This document shows positions 53,354 through 64,000 of a stretch of 64,000 bases of DNA, one piece after another. The translations under genes were made by a program, and so were the position numbers. The notes beneath the pieces were generated by a model that searched no databases, was not told the DNA's origin, and saw only the letters and a program-made list of their open reading frames with translations. Source of the DNA: Candidatus Binatia bacterium (GTDB lineage: Bacteria > Desulfobacterota > Binatia > HRBIN30); assembly GCA_038245295.1 (NCBI GenBank), contig JBBRSP010000010.1:32001-96000 (forward strand), in the 5' to 3' direction. Within the stretch, counting starts at the first letter, position 1. Each line of letters begins with the position of its first letter.

Positions 53354-54529
53354 ATGTTGAAGCGATCGCGCTTTCTTCAGGACCTCGTGTGGCGCGCATC
53401 CCCGACACAACTACGGGTGCGGCAGTCGCTCCGACGCATCGCTACCGCCGTCATCTTCACACTCGCGTTTGGCACTCGCGTCAGTCAGGCCTGCGTCGGC
53501 GCCGGCTGTTTGCAGATCTGGTCGACCGCCAATGGCAGTGGCCCGCTTACGGTCGAATGGGATCCCACCAAGAAGATCCAGACCTTCGAAGCATTCTGCA
53601 CAACCGACAACACGCAATGTCTGTACAGCGCCATCGACCCGGGGTTCATGGCGCCGCCGACCGATGACACGCCCGCCAATGGCTACTTCGTTCTGAAGGA
53701 TGGAACGGCCGTCTCCGTGGTCATCATCAGTGCCGATGCCGGGTTGTCGATGACCGTCAATGGCAAGAAGCTCTACCAACCCGGCGACACGGCACTACTC
53801 GGCACGATGCCGACGATTCACGTCCATCCGTCGTGGCAGATTGTCGTCCCGGGCGGCCACTATGGGGATTTCATCATCTCGTACCGTCTAACGACCCCGA
53901 CTGCGGACTACCGGCAGTCAGAACCGCTGACGCTGGTGGTCACCAATATTCCACCGCCGCAAGAGACGCCGTCACCGACCCCGACACCGACGGCGTCACC
54001 AACACCGTGTGCCGGCGACTGCAATGACGACGGCGAAGTGACGATCGACGAGTTGATCACCGGCGTGAATCTGGCGCTGGGCACCGCCGCCGGCAATGCG
54101 TGTCCGGCCTGCGATTCCAATCATGACGGCGAGGTCACCATCGACGAGATCGTGGCGGCGGTGAATTCGGCGCTGAACGGTTGCCATGTCACGGCCATCG
54201 CCACACTCGCCGAGATCCAACGCACGATCTTCGATCCCACCTGCGCCACGCCCCTGTGCCACAGCGCCGCAAGTCGCAACGGCAATCTCGATCTCAGCCC
54301 CGGCGCCGCCTACGGCGAGCTCGTCAACGTCACGCCCGACGCCTTCGCGGCGCAGAATGCCGGCTTGCTGCGCGTCAACCCAGGACATCCGGAGAATAGC
54401 TTCCTGCTCATCAAGCTCACCGGCCCGCCGCGTGATCAGGGAAGCCGCATGCCCCTCACCGGCGCGCCGCTCAGCAATGAGCAGATCGATCTGGTGCGTA
54501 ACTGGATCCTGCAGGGCGCGAATCCGTAA
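53354..54529 (+). CDS. Secreted protein with PT linker, dockerin-like module and C-terminal planctomycete-type cytochrome c-like domain
   Basis: Motifs CAGDCNDDGEVTIDEL and IFDPTCATPLCH..LDL..VNPGHPENSFL..RMP..WILQGA. The start is uncertain. Confidence 0.75.
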   Translation: MLKRSRFLQDLVWRASPTQLRVRQSLRRIATAVIFTLAFGTRVSQACVGAGCLQIWSTANGSGPLTVEWDPTKKIQTFEAFCTTDNTQCLYSAIDPGFMAPPTDDTPANGYFVLKDGTAVSVVIISADAGLSMTVNGKKLYQPGDTALLGTMPTIHVHPSWQIVVPGGHYGDFIISYRLTTPTADYRQSEPLTLVVTNIPPPQETPSPTPTPTASPTPCAGDCNDDGEVTIDELITGVNLALGTAAGNACPACDSNHDGEVTIDEIVAAVNSALNGCHVTAIATLAEIQRTIFDPTCATPLCHSAASRNGNLDLSPGAAYGELVNVTPDAFAAQNAGLLRVNPGHPENSFLLIKLTGPPRDQGSRMPLTGAPLSNEQIDLVRNWILQGANP

Positions 54530-54577
54530 TGCTTCATGGAACCGTTCGTACTCGTGCAGGAATCTTACGGCAGACGT

Positions 54578-54652
54578 CGCAGGCTGAAGCCTGCGCCTAC
54601 CGTCCACAATCCTGTCCCGCGCCCCACGGGTAGGCGCAGGCTTTAGCCTGCG
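54578..54652. repeat. GTAG-type REP doublet
   Basis: Same REP sequence, lying between convergent genes. Confidence 0.85.
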
Positions 54653-54679
54653 AAGCCGGCGCCGGCAGATGCACCCGCC

Positions 54680-55318
54680 TCAGCGGATCGAGTCGCCCTC
54701 GAAGTGGATCGGACAGGCAAAAACCTGCGAGAACGTCCGTTTGACCGGTTGTCCCGCCAGCGTCGCTTCGACTGCGTCGGCAAAGAAATGTTGGCTAACC
54801 GTGTCGGGGTTGCGGCTGTCGTCGAGGTTGCCGTGGTAAACGATCTTCCCTGCCCTATCAACGAGCAAGATCTCCGTCGCGCGTGTCAGGTGTAGCTGCT
54901 TCGTCAGGACACCCTTCTGATCATCGACGAGCCGGCCGCCTAGCGCGTTCGCCTTGTGGAAGGCGAATTTGTCCGGACGCGCATCCTCACGGCTCGGATA
55001 GACGTAAATGAAGTCGATGCCCTTCTTGCTGAGCTCGGCGACGGTTTGCGAGAAGCGCTGCGTGTAGTCGCGCGTTACCGGACAGGTGAGGGTGACGACG
55101 ATGTACGCCGTGATCTTGCTGGCCTTGGCCGAGTCGAAGCCGCTCATGGTCGGCGGCTCGGTCGACACATCGACGAGTTCCGTGACGAAGGCCGGCAACT
55201 TGCGGTCGACGAAAGGGTCGGAGAGCGTCGGTACGGGCATCGGGTCCATGGCCACGGCGATATGTGTCAACACCAAGCAGAGGACCGCAATCACGAGAGG
55301 CAATCGCATAAGTCGCAT
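54680..55318 (-). CDS. Exported redoxin/thioredoxin-fold protein
   Basis: Signal peptide; motifs TCPV, DRAGKIVYHGNLDD and FACPI. Confidence 0.75.
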   Translation of the reverse strand: MRLMRLPLVIAVLCLVLTHIAVAMDPMPVPTLSDPFVDRKLPAFVTELVDVSTEPPTMSGFDSAKASKITAYIVVTLTCPVTRDYTQRFSQTVAELSKKGIDFIYVYPSREDARPDKFAFHKANALGGRLVDDQKGVLTKQLHLTRATEILLVDRAGKIVYHGNLDDSRNPDTVSQHFFADAVEATLAGQPVKRTFSQVFACPIHFEGDSIR

Positions 55319-55330
55319 CGGGTCAGTCCC

Positions 55331-56398
55331 TTAGTGAATTGTTGGCAGCGCCGCGGATGCTTGCGCCTTCGCCGCCTCGGCGACACGTTCGGCAATAGCC
55401 ATCAGGGCGACGCTCTGTGGATGATCGGGCTGCGCCACGACGATCGGCGTTCCGGCATCGGCAGTCTCCCGAATCGCGCGCACGAGCGGCACTTCACCGA
55501 GAAGCGCCAATCCAAATTGTTCCGCCATGACGGTGCCGCCGCCGTGACCGAAGGGCTCGGAGCGTTTGCCGCAGTGCGAGCACATGTGGAAGCTCATGTT
55601 CTCGATGACGCCGAGCACGGGAGCGCGCACCTGCTGGAACATGGTGACACCGCGTTTGACGTCTTCGAGCGCCACGTCTTGCGGCGTCGTGACGATCACG
55701 CCACCCGACAGCGGCACCTGTTGGGTAATCGTCAACTGCGCATCGCCGGTACCCGGCGGCAGATCGAGGATGAGGAAATCGAGATCGCCCCAGTCGACGT
55801 CGCGGAAGAACTGCGTCAGCAACTTGCTGATCATCGGGCCGCGCCACACCACCGGCGTGCGTTCCTCGATGAACATGCCCATCGACACAACCTTGATGCC
55901 AAACTTGCTGATCGGCGTGATGCGTTTCTCTTCGTTGGTGATTGGCCGCTCGACGATGCCAAGCATCTTGGCGACACTGGGGCCGTAGACATCCGCATCC
56001 ATCAGACCAACACGATGCCCCAGCCGGGACAACGCCAGCGCCAGGTTCACCGCCACAGTCGATTTACCAACACCGCCCTTGCCGCTGGCGACGGCAACGA
56101 TGTGCGCCACGCCTGGAATACCGGCAGGACCGGATTGCATGCGGCGCTGCGGCGCCACCGGCGCGGTCATGGAGACTTGTACGCTGGTAACGCCGGGCAT
56201 GGCCGCAACCGTCGCCTCTACATCGACGCGGATCTGCTGCAACACATCATCATTGGCGGTGGTCGGCGTCAGAATCACGTTGACGCCCGTCGAGCCGATT
56301 TCGATGTCCTTGATCAGCCCGAAGGAAACAATGTCGCGACTGAAGCCGGGATACTTCACCTTCTTCAGCTCTTCCAGAATGTCTTGCGGGGTCAGCAT
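55331..56398 (-). CDS. mrp: Mrp/NBP35 (ApbC) Fe-S carrier ATPase
   Basis: Motifs VASGKGGVGKST, DADVYGPS, WRGPM, DLPPGTGD and ENMS..CSHC. Confidence 0.93.
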   Translation of the reverse strand: MLTPQDILEELKKVKYPGFSRDIVSFGLIKDIEIGSTGVNVILTPTTANDDVLQQIRVDVEATVAAMPGVTSVQVSMTAPVAPQRRMQSGPAGIPGVAHIVAVASGKGGVGKSTVAVNLALALSRLGHRVGLMDADVYGPSVAKMLGIVERPITNEEKRITPISKFGIKVVSMGMFIEERTPVVWRGPMISKLLTQFFRDVDWGDLDFLILDLPPGTGDAQLTITQQVPLSGGVIVTTPQDVALEDVKRGVTMFQQVRAPVLGVIENMSFHMCSHCGKRSEPFGHGGGTVMAEQFGLALLGEVPLVRAIRETADAGTPIVVAQPDHPQSVALMAIAERVAEAAKAQASAALPTIH

Positions 56399-56458
56399 AA
56401 TTGATTTGTTTCGATAGCGGGAAGAACGCGCCGATGCGAGCGTCGATCCGCCAGACGC

Positions 56459-56482
56459 CGCAGGCTGAAGCCTGCGCCTACC
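56459..56482. repeat. Single GTAG-type REP
   Basis: CGCAGGCTGAAGCCTGCGCCTACC. Confidence 0.8.
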
Positions 56483-56489
56483 CGGTAAT

Positions 56490-58823
56490 TCAACCGGCGC
56501 TCAGCTCCGCCACAGTAACCCCCGCTCCACCCTCGCCGGAAACGCCCGGACGAAAGGCACTGCAGTACGGCGACCGCGCCAGATACTCGGCCACCGCACG
56601 CTTCAAGGCGCCGCTGCCGAGCCCATGAATGATACGCACCGTCGCCAGATGTCCGCGCGCCGCATGGTCGAGGAATACCTGCAGCCGATCGATCGCTTCC
56701 TGGGCGCGCAGGCCGAGCAGACTGATCTCGCTGCCAGTCTCCGATTGCATCGGCTCGATCCTGACCTCGACCGCCTTGGGCGCCGCGCCTTCCACCTTTC
56801 TCAACACGGCAGCGGGCACCTCGAAACGCAGACTGCCGCGCTGAATCCACGCCCTCTCCCCTTCGACAGCCAGCAGTTCGCCGCGAATCCCCTGCCCCGC
56901 CACCTGGACCTGGTCGCCGATCGCCGGCTTGGCCGACGACATGCCTGACTCGGGTGGCGCCACTTCGGCACGGCGCTCTTCGATCACCGCGTCTTCCGAC
57001 GTCACGAACTGCTTGAGACGTTTGCGATCAACGCCGCCGCGTTCGACCTCGGCCAGCAACAAGCGGCCGCGCTCGCGTAAGTCACGCAGGAAATTGTCCG
57101 CCTCTTCCAGCTCGGTACTCCACTTGCGGCGACGCTTCTCACGCAGTTCTTCGAGCAACTGTTCACTCTGCTGCCGTGCCTGCGTCGCGTTGCGCGCCGC
57201 GTCCTCCGCCTCGGTCAGGCGCTCTTCGTATTGCCGGCGCGCCGTCTCCAACTTCGTCATCGCGTCGGCCATGGCACGCGAGGAATCCGTGCGGGCAAGC
57301 TCCGCCGCATCGAGGACTTCGGCGGGCATGCCCAGCCGGCGGGCGATTGGCAGCGCCAGGCTCTCGCCGACACTGTTGTAGACCAGCCGGTAACGCGCCT
57401 GCAGGGCGGCCACATCGAACTCCACCGCCGCCGTGGCGCAACGCGGGTCACTCAGGGCGAAGACCTTGAGACCTGCATAGTGCGTGGTCACCACAACACG
57501 CGCCTGACGCGCCGCCAGGGTCTGCAGAAGACCGATGCCGAGAGCCGCACCCTCTTCCGGATCGGTGCCGACGCCAGGCTCGTCGAGCAGCACCAGCATC
57601 GGCGTCTCGCGTTGCGATAGGATGTGGGTGAGGTTCGCCAGATGCGCCGAGAAGGTCGACAGGTTGCGCGCGATACTCTGCTCGTCGCCGACATCGGCAT
57701 AGATGGCGCGGAAACACGGCAGCCGGCCGCCTTCCAGGACGGGAATCAACAAGCCGCTCTGCGCCATCAACGCCATCAGCCCAAGGGTCTTAAGCGCCAC
57801 CGTCTTACCGCCGGTGTTCGGGCCGGTGATGACCAGCACACGTTTGCCCGGCGGCAGTAGGAGATCGGTTGGGATGACCGGTCGATCGCCGAACAGCAAC
57901 GCCGGATGTCGTGCGTCGCGCAGCAATATCTCCTGGTCGTCGAGCACCGGACGCGTGCAGCGATAGTCACGCGCGAAGCGGGCGCGTGCGGCCAATGCAT
58001 CGAGCTCCGTGAGCGCCTCGAACGTGGTCATCAATAGAACGAGCTCGTCGCGTACCAATGCGGTCAGATCGGCGAGGATCCGGCGCACCATGCGTTCTTC
58101 TTCACGCGCCGCGACCAGCAGACGGTTGTTGAGCTCCACCGCAAACAGCGGCTCGACGAAAGTGGTCTCACCGGAGACCGAGCGATCCTGGACAATGCCG
58201 TCGAAGTGCGACGCCGACGGTGTCTTCACCGGAATGACAAAGCGGTTGTTGCGCAGCGTCACGAAGCGATCCGAGAGGATGTCCTCCATGCCCGGCCGTT
58301 GGAACAAGTCTTCCAGCTTGCGCTGCACCCGCGCCCGCACGACACGCAGCTCGCGGCGAATCCCGGCCAGCTCGTCGCTGGCGTCGTCGCTGACGTCGCC
58401 GGTATCGTCCAAGGCCCGTCGCAACGTGCTGTGCAGCTCGCGCAACGGCACCAGACGTTCAGCCAAAGCGCGCAGATGCTCGAAGGGCTCGGCGACCTTG
58501 CGGAGGTGCAGGCGCACCAGCTCGCCGGCGTCGAGGACCTGGCGGATGGCAACCAGCGACACGCCATCGAGCACCGCGCCATCATGCGACGCCGAGCGCG
58601 CCGAGGCGCGAATATCGGGGAACTCACCGAGCGGCAGGTCGCCGGTCGTCTCGCAGAGGCGGAAGCATTGATGCGTGGCGTCGAGCTGTTGATTGACGAG
58701 ATCGGTGTCGTTGGAAGGCGTCAGCTCGCGACACAGCTCCTTGCCGACAGGCGACGCGGCAAAGTCGGCGACACGGCGCCGCACGACATCGAACTCGAGC
58801 GCAACCAGATCGCGAGGGCGCAC
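56490..58823 (-). CDS. mutS2: Endonuclease MutS2
   Basis: Motifs ITGPNTGGKT, GDEQSI..LSTFSAH and LDEPGVGTDP, then a C-terminal Smr domain (IIHGLGSGAL). Confidence 0.95.
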   Translation of the reverse strand: MRPRDLVALEFDVVRRRVADFAASPVGKELCRELTPSNDTDLVNQQLDATHQCFRLCETTGDLPLGEFPDIRASARSASHDGAVLDGVSLVAIRQVLDAGELVRLHLRKVAEPFEHLRALAERLVPLRELHSTLRRALDDTGDVSDDASDELAGIRRELRVVRARVQRKLEDLFQRPGMEDILSDRFVTLRNNRFVIPVKTPSASHFDGIVQDRSVSGETTFVEPLFAVELNNRLLVAAREEERMVRRILADLTALVRDELVLLMTTFEALTELDALAARARFARDYRCTRPVLDDQEILLRDARHPALLFGDRPVIPTDLLLPPGKRVLVITGPNTGGKTVALKTLGLMALMAQSGLLIPVLEGGRLPCFRAIYADVGDEQSIARNLSTFSAHLANLTHILSQRETPMLVLLDEPGVGTDPEEGAALGIGLLQTLAARQARVVVTTHYAGLKVFALSDPRCATAAVEFDVAALQARYRLVYNSVGESLALPIARRLGMPAEVLDAAELARTDSSRAMADAMTKLETARRQYEERLTEAEDAARNATQARQQSEQLLEELREKRRRKWSTELEEADNFLRDLRERGRLLLAEVERGGVDRKRLKQFVTSEDAVIEERRAEVAPPESGMSSAKPAIGDQVQVAGQGIRGELLAVEGERAWIQRGSLRFEVPAAVLRKVEGAAPKAVEVRIEPMQSETGSEISLLGLRAQEAIDRLQVFLDHAARGHLATVRIIHGLGSGALKRAVAEYLARSPYCSAFRPGVSGEGGAGVTVAELSAG

Positions 58824-58825
58824 GG

Positions 58826-59167
58826 TTACTTCACGCGCGCCCGCAGGCGAGCGGCAGCATCAGCAAAGGAGGTGACCTTGGCTTTCGGAGCGGCGGCGGG
58901 AACCGTCGCGACATTCTCAAAGGGGCGCGCCGAACGCGCCGACACCGGGCGTGCCGGGTGACTTAGGATGAGCTCGGCATCACGCACGGAGATTGGCCGG
59001 CCGAAAAGGTACACGGCATGGTCGACACCATCTTCACGATAGGTATTGGCCCAGGCGGCGAACTCGGAGGCGGTAGGATCGTGTCCAATGGCATTGGCGC
59101 AGCGCCGAACCACGAAACCCAACATCATTTTTGGCGGTAAACTGGAAACCGGCATCGGCAAAACCAT
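58826..59167 (-). CDS. Hypothetical protein
   Basis: Fits tightly between ispG and mutS2 on the same strand. Confidence 0.65.
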   Translation of the reverse strand: MVLPMPVSSLPPKMMLGFVVRRCANAIGHDPTASEFAAWANTYREDGVDHAVYLFGRPISVRDAELILSHPARPVSARSARPFENVATVPAAAPKAKVTSFADAAARLRARVK

Positions 59168-59188
59168 CGCTCAAAAGATTGCGAACCG

Positions 59189-60346
59189 TCAAGCGTTATC
59201 GCGCTCAACTCGCCGTTCAGAAATTATACGATCCAGCTCTTGACGAAGGCGCAGCAACACTTCCTCGTAACCGAAGTTGCCGATCTTCTTGTCCTTGCGT
59301 TTGAAGTTCACGGTCGACGGGCCGCACCACAACCCGAGGTCGGCGTCGTCGGTCTCACCCGGACCGTTCACGCGGCAACCCATCACAGCAATGGTGATCT
59401 TGTACTCGGCGGCGTACTGCGTCAGCTCCCGCACCTTGGCGGCGAGCTCGACAAAGGCCTCGTTCTCGACGCGCGAGCAACTCGGGCACGAGATGATGTT
59501 GAGGCCCTTGCCGAAATTGGGCACCGAGATGAAGCGTCCGGCGGCGACGTCTTCGATGATCTGATGGCCGACGACAACTTCCTCGTGTTTGCGTTCGTTC
59601 GGCAAGGTCAGCGACACACGAATCGTTTCGCCAATCCCCTTGGCGAGCAATTTCTCGAAGGCCAGACGCGACTTGATGATCCCTTCCGGCGGCATGCCGG
59701 CCTCGGTGACACCAAGATGCAACGGCACATGCGGCCGCGCCTCGGCGAAGCGCGAGTTGGCGGCGACGACCTTGTCGGGATCGGAATCCTTCAGCGAGAC
59801 AACGAAGCGGTCGAAGCCCATCTCGTCGATGAGGTCGCAGTGGTAGGCCGCCGACTGCACAATCGCCTCGAGTTGGTTGTCGGGATAACGCTCGAGGAAT
59901 TCCGGAGCGACAGAGCCGCAGTTGACGCCGATGCGCACAGCACAGTCGGTATCGCGCGCCACGTCGACCAGCCAACGCACCTTGTCGGCAATCGATTTCT
60001 TGCGCTCGACGTGGTGCAGGTGGCCCGGGTTGTAACGGATCTTGTCGACGTAGGGTCCGACCTTCGATGCCAGCCGATAGTTCTCCTGCAGGTCGACGGA
60101 GAGGACTGCATCGGTCTGCGAACGAATCTCCTTGAGAGCATCGACTTCGAGATCATTGTCGACGGCGATGCGCACGATACCGGCGCCGGCATTCTTGAGC
60201 TGCTCGACCTGCGCAACCGTTGCGTCGATATCGCGCGTCTTAGTGGCGCACATACTCTGCACCGCAACCGGCGCCCCTCCGCCTACGAGGATGGATCCAA
60301 TACGCACGGAGCGCGTCGAGCGCACGACTTGGTCCGAGGTCGACAT
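59189..60346 (-). CDS. ispG: 4-hydroxy-3-methylbut-2-en-1-yl diphosphate synthase
   Basis: Motifs [32 protein letters not shown] and [11 protein letters not shown]. Confidence 0.95.
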   Translation of the reverse strand: MSTSDQVVRSTRSVRIGSILVGGGAPVAVQSMCATKTRDIDATVAQVEQLKNAGAGIVRIAVDNDLEVDALKEIRSQTDAVLSVDLQENYRLASKVGPYVDKIRYNPGHLHHVERKKSIADKVRWLVDVARDTDCAVRIGVNCGSVAPEFLERYPDNQLEAIVQSAAYHCDLIDEMGFDRFVVSLKDSDPDKVVAANSRFAEARPHVPLHLGVTEAGMPPEGIIKSRLAFEKLLAKGIGETIRVSLTLPNERKHEEVVVGHQIIEDVAAGRFISVPNFGKGLNIISCPSCSRVENEAFVELAAKVRELTQYAAEYKITIAVMGCRVNGPGETDDADLGLWCGPSTVNFKRKDKKIGNFGYEEVLLRLRQELDRIISERRVERDNA

Positions 60347-60426
60347 GTGACTCCCGAGGCTAGCCGAGCCGCGTGGCGGACTCAACGCGCCGACAGTACT
60401 CCAGATACGGCGCGCCATCCGCCGCC

Positions 60427-60502
60427 GGCTGAAGCCTGCGCCCACCATGTTGACTTCGCAGGCGGAATGGAAAAACCGGTAGGCGCAAGCTTCAGCTTGC
60501 GG
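60427..60502. repeat. Degenerate GTAG-type REP doublet
   Basis: GGCTGAAGCCTGCGCCCACC ... GGTAGGCGCAAGCTTCAGCTTGCG. Confidence 0.75.
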
Positions 60503-60516
60503 CGGGTCTCCGAGGC

Positions 60517-61305
60517 TCAGGGCAACCACGCCAGCGGATTCGCCGGACCACAACCATGGCCGATCGCCAGGCCGTGTTCGATTGCCTTGGTGATGAACTG
60601 CTTGGCACGTTCGACCGCCTGACGCAGCGTCGCACCGACGGCGAGATTGGCGGTGATCGCGGCCGACAGTTGGCAGCCGGTGCCATGAGTGTGCACCGAA
60701 TCGACACGCGGCGCCCGCAGCCACACTTTCTCGCTGCCGTCATCGAAGAGATCGACCGCCTCGTCACCAACGGCGTGTCCACCTTTGACGAGCACTGCCT
60801 TGGCGCCGTGGCGGCGCAGCCATTCGGCGGCACGTTCCATATCGTCCGCTGAGCGGATGGTGATGCCGCTGAGGAATTGCGCCTCGGGGATATTCGGGGT
60901 GATCAGTGTGGCCAGGGGGATAAGCTCGTCGAGCATGGCGCGTTGCGCCGACGGCTCGAGCAGTGCCGCGCCGCTTTGGGCGAGCATCACCGGGTCGACG
61001 ACCAGCGGCGTCAGGTTGTGGTGGCGAACCGCGGCGGCGACCGCGTGCACGATCGGCCCGTTGGCCAGCATGCCGGTCTTGGTCGCCTGCGTGCCGATGT
61101 CGGAGATCACGGCGTCGATCTGGGCCCGCACGAAGTCGGCCGGCACGGCGTGAATCGCCGTCACACCCTGCGTGTTCTGCGCCGTCAGCGCCGTGATGGC
61201 GCTCATGCCGTAGACGCGATGCACGGCAAAGGTTTTGAGATCGGCCTGGATACCGGCGCCACCGCCGGAGTCGGAGCCTGCGATGGTGAGGGCACGGGCG
61301 ATCAT
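60517..61305 (-). CDS. thiD: Hydroxymethylpyrimidine/phosphomethylpyrimidine kinase
   Basis: Motifs [28 protein letters not shown] and HTHGTGC. Confidence 0.95.
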   Translation of the reverse strand: MIARALTIAGSDSGGGAGIQADLKTFAVHRVYGMSAITALTAQNTQGVTAIHAVPADFVRAQIDAVISDIGTQATKTGMLANGPIVHAVAAAVRHHNLTPLVVDPVMLAQSGAALLEPSAQRAMLDELIPLATLITPNIPEAQFLSGITIRSADDMERAAEWLRRHGAKAVLVKGGHAVGDEAVDLFDDGSEKVWLRAPRVDSVHTHGTGCQLSAAITANLAVGATLRQAVERAKQFITKAIEHGLAIGHGCGPANPLAWLP

Positions 61306-61371
61306 GCGGCCAGTGTCGACGCTGGAACGGCGGAGGTCAATCCTGTGGAGGATTGGTTTTCCGCTTGGATC

Positions 61372-61448
61372 GGGCAACGGCAATGGCAAGGGAGAACCGA
61401 CTACGGCCGGAATTCCAGCATACTTGCCCGTGCCCTTGCCCGTGCCCG
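61372..61448. repeat. CCCGTG-type hexamer inverted repeat (related copies near 33613-33693 and 63680-63765)
   Basis: GGGCAACGGCAATGGCAAG ... CTTGCCCGTGCCCTTGCCCGTGCCCG. Confidence 0.6.
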
Positions 61449-61470
61449 ACTCAGGCTGGAATCACCCAAG

Positions 61471-61509
61471 CAAAGAGGGACGAGGCGTATGCCCCGTCCC
61501 TCTTTTGTT
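61471..61509. terminator. Probable intrinsic terminator downstream of the OmpA gene
   Basis: Hairpin AAAGAGGGACG..CGTCCCTCTTT with A/T-rich flanks. Confidence 0.6.
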
Positions 61510-61533
61510 TAGGTGCGAAGACGTGATCGCGAC

Positions 61534-62505
61534 TTAACGAATGCGCAGCTCGACGCGGCGGTTCTGGGCGCGGCCGTCGTCGGTGTCGTTGCTGGCGACC
61601 GGATTCGACTCGCCTTTGCCGACTTCGTCGATGCGGCTGGCGCTGATGCCGGTCTTGACCAGGTAACCCTTGACCGCGGCGGCGCGGCGCTCGGAGAGCT
61701 TCTGGTTGTACTGTTCGGTGCCGCGGCTGTCGGTGTTGCCTTCGGCGACAACCGAGATCGTGCCTTCGTGCTTCAACGTCGAGGCCGCCTCATCGAGGAT
61801 CGGCTTGGCGTCGGCGCGGATGACGGCCTTATCGAAGTCGAATTGCACGCCGCGCAGGACGATCTTCTTCTTCATCGGCACGGGTGCCGGCGTCGGCGCC
61901 GGCGCCGCGGCAACAACCGGAGCCGGGGTCGGCTTGGCCGCCACGTTGTAGGTGAGGCCGATGCCGGCCGTCACGTACTGGACATTGTGGCCAGGCGCGA
62001 CGCGCTGATCGATATCGTTGAAACGCGCGAAGCCGCCGACGAGGAATTCGTCCGTGAGGCGAACATTGACGCCGCCGCCGGCCGAGTAGCCCCATGACGT
62101 TCGGCTGACCGGCGTGTTGCCGACGAGGCCGGTGAAAACGCCGCCTTGCCAGGTGCCGTACGGCTCGAGGCCAACGCCGCCGATGGTGAACGGCAGAGCG
62201 AGACGCGGACCGACATGCCCGCCGAGGGCGAGCGTCGAATCCTGATCTAGGGTGCCGGGGCGGTTGTCATTCGGGAAACCGGCAAACTGGATCTGCCCCA
62301 TCAAGCCGATCACATTGTTGAACATGTATCCGACGAACGGGCTGGCCGCGCCGCCCGTATCGAGGCGATCTTTCGTTTTGCCAACCGGAACCGCGACGCC
62401 AAGATCGATGCCGCCGATCAGGCCTTCGTCGGCCTTTGTCACGGCCGGAAGGGCCAACCCACCAACCACCAAAGCCACCATCATACAACGTGCTGTCTGT
62501 CTCAT
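61534..62505 (-). CDS. OmpA-family outer-membrane protein
   Basis: Beta-barrel, Pro/Ala hinge, then [15 protein letters not shown] and GRAQNRRVE. Confidence 0.93.
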   Translation of the reverse strand: MRQTARCMMVALVVGGLALPAVTKADEGLIGGIDLGVAVPVGKTKDRLDTGGAASPFVGYMFNNVIGLMGQIQFAGFPNDNRPGTLDQDSTLALGGHVGPRLALPFTIGGVGLEPYGTWQGGVFTGLVGNTPVSRTSWGYSAGGGVNVRLTDEFLVGGFARFNDIDQRVAPGHNVQYVTAGIGLTYNVAAKPTPAPVVAAAPAPTPAPVPMKKKIVLRGVQFDFDKAVIRADAKPILDEAASTLKHEGTISVVAEGNTDSRGTEQYNQKLSERRAAAVKGYLVKTGISASRIDEVGKGESNPVASNDTDDGRAQNRRVELRIR

Positions 62506-62892
62506 GCGCTCCTCCTATTCGGCGTAACCTGGGCAGGCCTCTACGGCACCGGCCCACTTTCTAAATTGATTGTTGCATCCCACAATTCCCCCGGTGACTC
62601 TAGAAGGGGAACCGACTTCGTCGGCATTTTCTCAGCAACCAGACTTCTAAGCCTCGTTGCGCCAAAGGCCTCGACTCACACTCCCGTAGCGTCCGGGGCC
62701 AAACTGCGCCGCGACGTCGTCACGGCGCTACCGCTGTACCGGACCACCGCACGTCAATGCAAGAGACCAAGTTGCGCGCCATCGTTGGCTTCAAAGTTCC
62801 TGAAAAGTGGCGGGGTGGCTCGCTTGACCGAGGCGCGGCGGCCAACCATTGTAGCGAGTTTGAATCAACCGCTCCCTTGGAGGATCCGTTTC

Positions 62893-63678
62893 ATGCGTCG
62901 CGCCGCCCTATTCGCCTCCCTCTTCTTGGCCTCATGCAGCCTGGTTGGAACCAGCCATGCGTTCTCCGCCGGCATCATCGGCTTCTCGGGCAAAACCCCC
63001 GGCGTTTTCTGCAGCCAGGTTGGCTGCCACTCCGGCGGCGTCGAGCCGACCGTACACTTCGAGGGACCAACCCAACTCGAAATCAACCAGATGGCGACCT
63101 TTCGCTTCGTCGTTCAGTCCAACTCACCATTACAGGTCGCCGGCGGACTGGACGTCTCCACCAGCAGCGGCACACTGGCGATTGTCGCCAATCAAGGCGA
63201 ACGTCTGAAGAGCAATGAGATTACCCACGAGATGCCTAAGCCGAACGACGCCAACGGTGTCGCGAGCTTCGACTTCACCTTTAAGGCGCCAGCGACGGCT
63301 GGAACCGTGACGCTTTTCGGCGCCGGCAACAGCGCCAACCTCGATACCTTGTCAACCTCCGGCGACCGCGGCGCCACAACGACACTGACGTTGACGATCG
63401 TCGGCGCGCTACCGGCAACACCGACGCCAACGCCGACCACCGCCGAGCCGACACCGACGGCGACGCCCACACCAACAACCGGAACAGCACCCTGCGTCGG
63501 TGACTGTGGCGGCGACGGCGAGGTCACCGTCAATGAGCTGATCATCGGCGTCAACATCGCCGTCGGCAGCGCCCCGGTAACCATGTGCACCGTGCTCGAC
63601 GTCAACGGTGATGGCGAAGTGACCATCGACGAGATCTTGCGCGCCGTGAACAACGCGCTGAACGGTTGTCCGGTGTAA
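62893..63678 (+). CDS. Secreted Reeler/choice-of-anchor-V-like protein with C-terminal dockerin-like module
   Basis: Signal peptide; motifs CSQVGCH, EITH and FTFKAPATAGTVTLFGAGNSAN; PT linker; CVGDCGGDGEVTVNEL..ALNGCPV. Confidence 0.75.
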   Translation: MRRAALFASLFLASCSLVGTSHAFSAGIIGFSGKTPGVFCSQVGCHSGGVEPTVHFEGPTQLEINQMATFRFVVQSNSPLQVAGGLDVSTSSGTLAIVANQGERLKSNEITHEMPKPNDANGVASFDFTFKAPATAGTVTLFGAGNSANLDTLSTSGDRGATTTLTLTIVGALPATPTPTPTTAEPTPTATPTPTTGTAPCVGDCGGDGEVTVNELIIGVNIAVGSAPVTMCTVLDVNGDGEVTIDEILRAVNNALNGCPV

Positions 63679-63820
63679 CCCCCGCCTTCGCCCCTGCGCG
63701 AGCCCGTGCCCGCGCCTGCGTTGAGCCGGAACGAGCGCAGGCGAAGGCAGGGGCTTGGGCTCAGGCTAAGGGCTTGCCGCCTGTTGGCGGCAAGCGGCAA
63801 GCACGATAGAGAGCCGCTCC

Positions 63821-64000
63821 ATGCTGAAGAAGATCCTCATCGGCGTGGCGGGTTTGCTCCTTCTGGTCATCGGTGGCGCGATGATCGGTTTGATCTCGAC
63901 GCACCGCTCGATCACCCACGAACGCGTTCCACTGCCGCCGCCGGATCGGGTCGTGGCCAGCGGCAAGACACCCATCGGACCGAACAAGCTGCGCTACGTC
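63821..64000 (+). CDS. Membrane-anchored protein (runs off window)
   Basis: MLKKILIGVAGLLLLVIGGAMIGL; the frame is open to the end of the window. Confidence 0.6.
   Translation, partial: MLKKILIGVAGLLLLVIGGAMIGLISTHRSITHERVPLPPPDRVVASGKTPIGPNKLRYV

Noticed and set aside
60347..60724. N-terminal extension of IspG (similar long starts for MFP, CusA-like, ThiD and 62566 ORFs)
   Set aside because: The extensions cross REPs or upstream genes and lack family similarity, so downstream starts were used.

Overview
This is a GC-rich bacterial chromosomal window. The Thr/Pro-linker proteins, Cys-bracketed dockerin-like modules, CYP153-like P450 and WS/DGAT suggest Candidatus Binatia/Binatota, but that is inference only. 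Intact genes include a SulP transporter, a sulfatase-fold enzyme, a C45 peptidase, two RND efflux operons, HK-RR-glgC, ylqF, an amidohydrolase, WS/DGAT, P450, mrp, mutS2, ispG, thiD, an OmpA-family protein and several large secreted proteins, one of ~3,350 aa. Three things stand out. (i) Accessory stretches (about 5.2-6.9, 16.3-16.5, 22.2-23.4 and 28.4-32.2 kb) are made of gene fragments. At 29.23-29.45 kb, pieces matching an RND operon 16-20 kb away are joined out of order and in both orientations. (ii) A GGACACCCA-core inverted-repeat element sits at four gene-truncation points. (iii) Secreted proteins share a Cys-terminated C-terminal domain or a Cys-bracketed dockerin-like module. No CRISPR array, rRNA, intact tRNA, transposase or integrase was seen. 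All calls come from motif recognition by eye, with no database searches.
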